Assembly (NCBI RefSeq): GCF_000014265.1
Contig: NC_008312.1
Location: 4,320,001 to 4,352,000 of the forward strand
Length of the DNA: 32,000 bases
Direction: 5' to 3'
Source: Trichodesmium erythraeum IMS101
GTDB lineage: Bacteria; Cyanobacteriota; Cyanobacteriia; Cyanobacteriales; Microcoleaceae
The notes under the pieces were generated by a model. The model worked only from the letters and a program-made list of their open reading frames with translations. It ran no database searches and was not told where the DNA came from. How positions within the stretch are numbered: the stretch's first letter is position 1; every line of letters starts with the position of its first letter. The position numbers were made by a program, and so were the translations under genes. Positions 29,528 to 32,000 of the stretch are shown here, one piece after another.

Positions 29528-30673
29528 TTATGATTTTGATTCACTTAAAGCTAAACAATTTTGTTTTGACCAGTAGACATACATAGGAGTATCTAAGTTA
29601 GGCAAAGTTCGTTCTGTATTTGGTTGCCTTACCATCATCTGATCACCGGACAACAGATTTACTTGATAATGTACATGAGTTCCCATATACATTACATTCC
29701 TCAACCTACCTTCAAAACAATTTTCTGATACATCTGGAGGATATAGACTGAGATTAACTTTTTCTGGTCGCACACTTAGTACTACTGAAGTACCTCCATA
29801 GATTTCTCCGTTTTTTCCATTTACTTTTTTGTATTCTGCAGAAATATTCAGACCACTATCTGTCTTAACAACTAGACTGGAATTATTATTATATTCGACA
29901 CAACCTTGAAATAAATTTGTATCTCCAATAAAATCTGCGACAAATGGACTTTCAGGACACTCATAAATTTCTTGAGGAGAGCCTATTTGTTCTATTCTAC
30001 CCTCGTGCATCACAGCAATGCGGTCAGACATACTCATAGCCTCTTGTTGGTCGTGAGTTACCATTACAAATGTGACCCCCAAATCTTTATGTATATTGGA
30101 CAATTCCATTTGCATTTGTTTGCGTAGCTTTAAGTCTAAAGCCCCCAGGGGTTCATCTAATAATAATACTGCTGGACGATTTACTAAAGCCCTTGCTAAA
30201 GCCACCCGTTGTTGTTGTCCACCAGATATTTGATTAGGGTAGCGATCAGCAAATTTCTCCATTTTGACCAACTGCAAAGCTTGTGCTACTTTTTCCTCAG
30301 TTTCAGTTTTTCCTAAACGTTTTATTCGTAGTCCAAAAGCGATATTATCTTTAACGCTCAAATGATTAAATAAAGCGTAGCTTTGAAAAACAGTATTTAC
30401 TGGACGACGGTAAGCAGGAGTTTGACTCATAGATTGGCCTCGAATAATTATTTCACCTGCCGATGGGGTTTCAAATCCAGCTATTAAACGTAATGTGGTA
30501 GTTTTACCACACCCAGAAGGTCCTAGAATACTAAAAAATTCTCCTTGACGAATATTGAAGTCCACGCCCTTTACTGCTGTATGGCCTTCAAATACTTTGA
30601 ATACTTTACGCAGTTCAACGTCATTTTTGGTTTTATTTAGGGTCGTCCCAATATTCAGTGCAGTTTGAGTCAT
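29528..30673 (-). CDS. potA: ABC importer ATPase, PotA-like
   Basis: Has Walker A GPSGCGKTT, signature ISGGQQQRVALARAL, Walker B LLLDEPLGALD, and a C-terminal TOBE-like regulatory domain as in PotA. Confidence 0.92.
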   Translation of the reverse strand: MTQTALNIGTTLNKTKNDVELRKVFKVFEGHTAVKGVDFNIRQGEFFSILGPSGCGKTTTLRLIAGFETPSAGEIIIRGQSMSQTPAYRRPVNTVFQSYALFNHLSVKDNIAFGLRIKRLGKTETEEKVAQALQLVKMEKFADRYPNQISGGQQQRVALARALVNRPAVLLLDEPLGALDLKLRKQMQMELSNIHKDLGVTFVMVTHDQQEAMSMSDRIAVMHEGRIEQIGSPQEIYECPESPFVADFIGDTNLFQGCVEYNNNSSLVVKTDSGLNISAEYKKVNGKNGEIYGGTSVVLSVRPEKVNLSLYPPDVSENCFEGRLRNVMYMGTHVHYQVNLLSGDQMMVRQPNTERTLPNLDTPMYVYWSKQNCLALSESKS

Positions 30674-30862
30674 AATTGTTATGCCTTGGGAAATTGGGTT
30701 TTCAACTAATTTAAATATTAGGTTTTGTAGTATTTTAACAGTTTGCGCTATTAGACTTCATCAAGAGTGAGTCAAGCTAGTCATGAAATATTTCCAGAAA
30801 AGGTTCTCAAACCCTTATAGCACTAATGTTTAAAATCTCTATTTTCCCAGAGGTCTGTTGAA

Positions 30863-30898
30863 GTAGAACTTAGCTATTAGCAATCAGCTTCTCAAGGT
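30863..30898. repeat. 36-nt heptamer-periodic block GTAGAACTTAGCTATTAGCAATCAGCTTCTCAAGGT
   Basis: 30/36 identical to 31057-31092, in direct orientation, 194 bp apart, upstream of potA. Confidence 0.7.
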
Positions 30899-31056
30899 AT
30901 ATGTATAGTATAAATTTTAGTCCTATTTCTTACATATCCCTAATTTTTCCTCAATGGGTAAAAAACACTAGGGGGCTATTGCTCTTGAATTATTAACTTA
31001 TAACTAAATGCTGTTTGGGGAGAATTCTATCAGGAAAAGCTAATAGTTAGTTAACT

Positions 31057-31092
31057 GTAGAATTCAGCTATTAAGAATTAGCTTCTTAAGGT
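31057..31092. repeat. 36-nt heptamer-periodic block GTAGAATTCAGCTATTAAGAATTAGCTTCTTAAGGT
   Basis: Second copy of the block at 30863-30898. Confidence 0.7.
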
Positions 31093-31185
31093 GACTGTCA
31101 ACTCTTAGGGATAAAAACCCCCGTTAGATATCAGATTTATTCTGGCTTAATTAATAAAACTTTTAGGGAAAAATTAGTTTTAATG

Positions 31186-31228
31186 CCTCCCACCCTGATT
31201 AGGGGGAATTTTGAGTTGTTTTTTTTTG
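31186..31228 (+). terminator. GC-rich stem-loop followed by a T-run (intrinsic-terminator-like, plus strand)
   Basis: TCCCACCCT gatt AGGGGGA (a 7-bp stem in which two unpaired nucleotides, C31189 and A31192, bulge from the 5' arm), followed by ATTTTGAGTTGTTTTTTTTT. No plus-strand ORF lies upstream, so the transcript it would end is unknown. Confidence 0.35.
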
Positions 31229-31534
31229 ATACATATGTTAAAATATTATTAATTTATTAGTGGTAGGCGCAGGTTGATAGTTTGAGACAAAAAATGGACA
31301 CACACTTTAGCTCTCTTCCTGGAGGGGGAACGGTGAAGTTGGGGTGTTTGTAGTAGGTTGTCAAGCCTAGACTGGTCTTTGAACTTCGCCTGGTTATGGT
31401 TCTATGTCCTTAACAGTTAGTGAGGATGTCAAAAGGTAATAAAAGTAATAAATTATAACATAATATAATTTTTCTAGCTGCAAATCTATAAATCTATTTA
31501 TGGGTTAGAACTATTCTTTGAATAAATATTAATA

Positions 31535-32000
31535 TTAATTGGTGGGTGAGGGAGAAACTTCTGAGTTACTAGATGATTTTTCCGATGGTTCTTTGCTTGT
31601 TTCTGGTTGCTCTTTTTTTTCGGTAGATTTTTCTTCTTCTTCTGTTTTCTCCTCATCGGAGATTTCAAGTTTTTCCCATTCGGAAACTGGTTTAGTTAAT
31701 ACATTTTTGAAGTTGACAGATAATAACAAAACAGATACCTCTTCTGGTGGTTCTCCCTCCGGTTCTAATTGAGAATATATAAAATTACCATTAAAGTCTG
31801 GTTGACCTAAAAATAGACGCATGTTTTTACCGTCTTTAAGTTGAACTTCTAAAGTGATTTCTGGTTTTTCTAAACCATATTCTGATAACCGAGAAATTGA
31901 AGTTGATATAGAGCGATCGCTTTTTAAGTTTGTTAGTTCATATAATAAAAATTCTACTGTTTGTAAATCAGCTTTTTTTTCGACAGGTGCAGTTATATTC
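31535..32000 (-). CDS. DUF4340-like protein, C-terminal part (N-terminus beyond window end) with acidic Ser/Glu/Lys-rich tail
   Basis: The reverse frame is open from the window end (..NITAPVEKKADLQTVEFLLYELTNLKSDRSISTSISRLSEYGLEKPEITLEVQLKDGKNMRLFLGQPDFNGNFIYSQ..) to TAA at 31535. The Met at 31822 used by the ORF track is internal. The pattern L.L..KDG....L.LG......G..Y resembles DUF4340 repeats. The last roughly 45 residues are low complexity. Confidence 0.6.
   Translation of the reverse strand, partial: NITAPVEKKADLQTVEFLLYELTNLKSDRSISTSISRLSEYGLEKPEITLEVQLKDGKNMRLFLGQPDFNGNFIYSQLEPEGEPPEEVSVLLLSVNFKNVLTKPVSEWEKLEISDEEKTEEEEKSTEKKEQPETSKEPSEKSSSNSEVSPSPTN

Noticed and set aside
31320-31345. 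GGGGGAACGGTGAAGTTGGGG resembling the GGGAA..GGTG.AA.TCC core of cobalamin riboswitches
   Set aside because: No recognisable B12 box (AGCC.G.AGACC.GCC) and no matching helices. The nearest downstream gene on that strand is absent, and potA is more than 600 nt away on the other strand.
31418-31431. Minus-strand GACATCCTCAC resembling the conserved Yfr1 sRNA motif ACTCCTCACAC
   Set aside because: Only a partial match, and it is not flanked by the two stem-loops or the terminator that define Yfr1.

Overview
This AT-rich segment (about one-third GC by eye) is almost certainly cyanobacterial. I count at least 13 exact HIP1 octamers (GCGATCGC at 70-77, 4069-4076, 8102-8109, 8175-8182, 8831-8838, 10389-10396, 15699-15706, 17394-17401, 20531-20538, 21034-21041, 26165-26172, 28729-28736, 31913-31920), where well under one is expected by chance. 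It also has heptamer (STRR-like) repeats and a panC-cmk fusion gene. Very low coding density, long ORF-free AT-rich spacers and many transposase relics fit what is known for Trichodesmium-type filamentous marine cyanobacteria; this is inference and not verified. The intact genes are housekeeping: argC, eno, purM, panC-cmk, an RlpA-like protein, a NodB-type polysaccharide deacetylase, a ferritin-like protein, a DevC/FtsX-type ABC permease, a potA-potD-potB-potC-type ABC importer operon, and partial genes at both window edges. By my coordinates about 45 percent of the window is intact coding. About 17 percent is recognisable gene wreckage: relics of IS630, IS5, IS1 and IS701/IS4-like transposases, an enolase-superfamily gene, a sulfotransferase-like gene, and a DegT-type aminotransferase plus SAM methyltransferase. 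The rest has no recognisable coding potential. I did not find a coherent multi-gene system that looks novel: there are no cas genes or CRISPR array, no reverse transcriptase, no toxin-antitoxin pair, and no restriction-modification or phage module. The observations most worth follow-up are small-scale. They are inverted heptamer arrays that exactly bracket potB, two GC-rich structured islands in AT-rich spacers (18172-18323 and 31258-31412), an untracked 46-codon membrane-protein ORF (15620-15760), a 101-bp palindromic MITE-like element present twice, and a tandem segmental duplication carrying a hairpin with structure-preserving substitutions.
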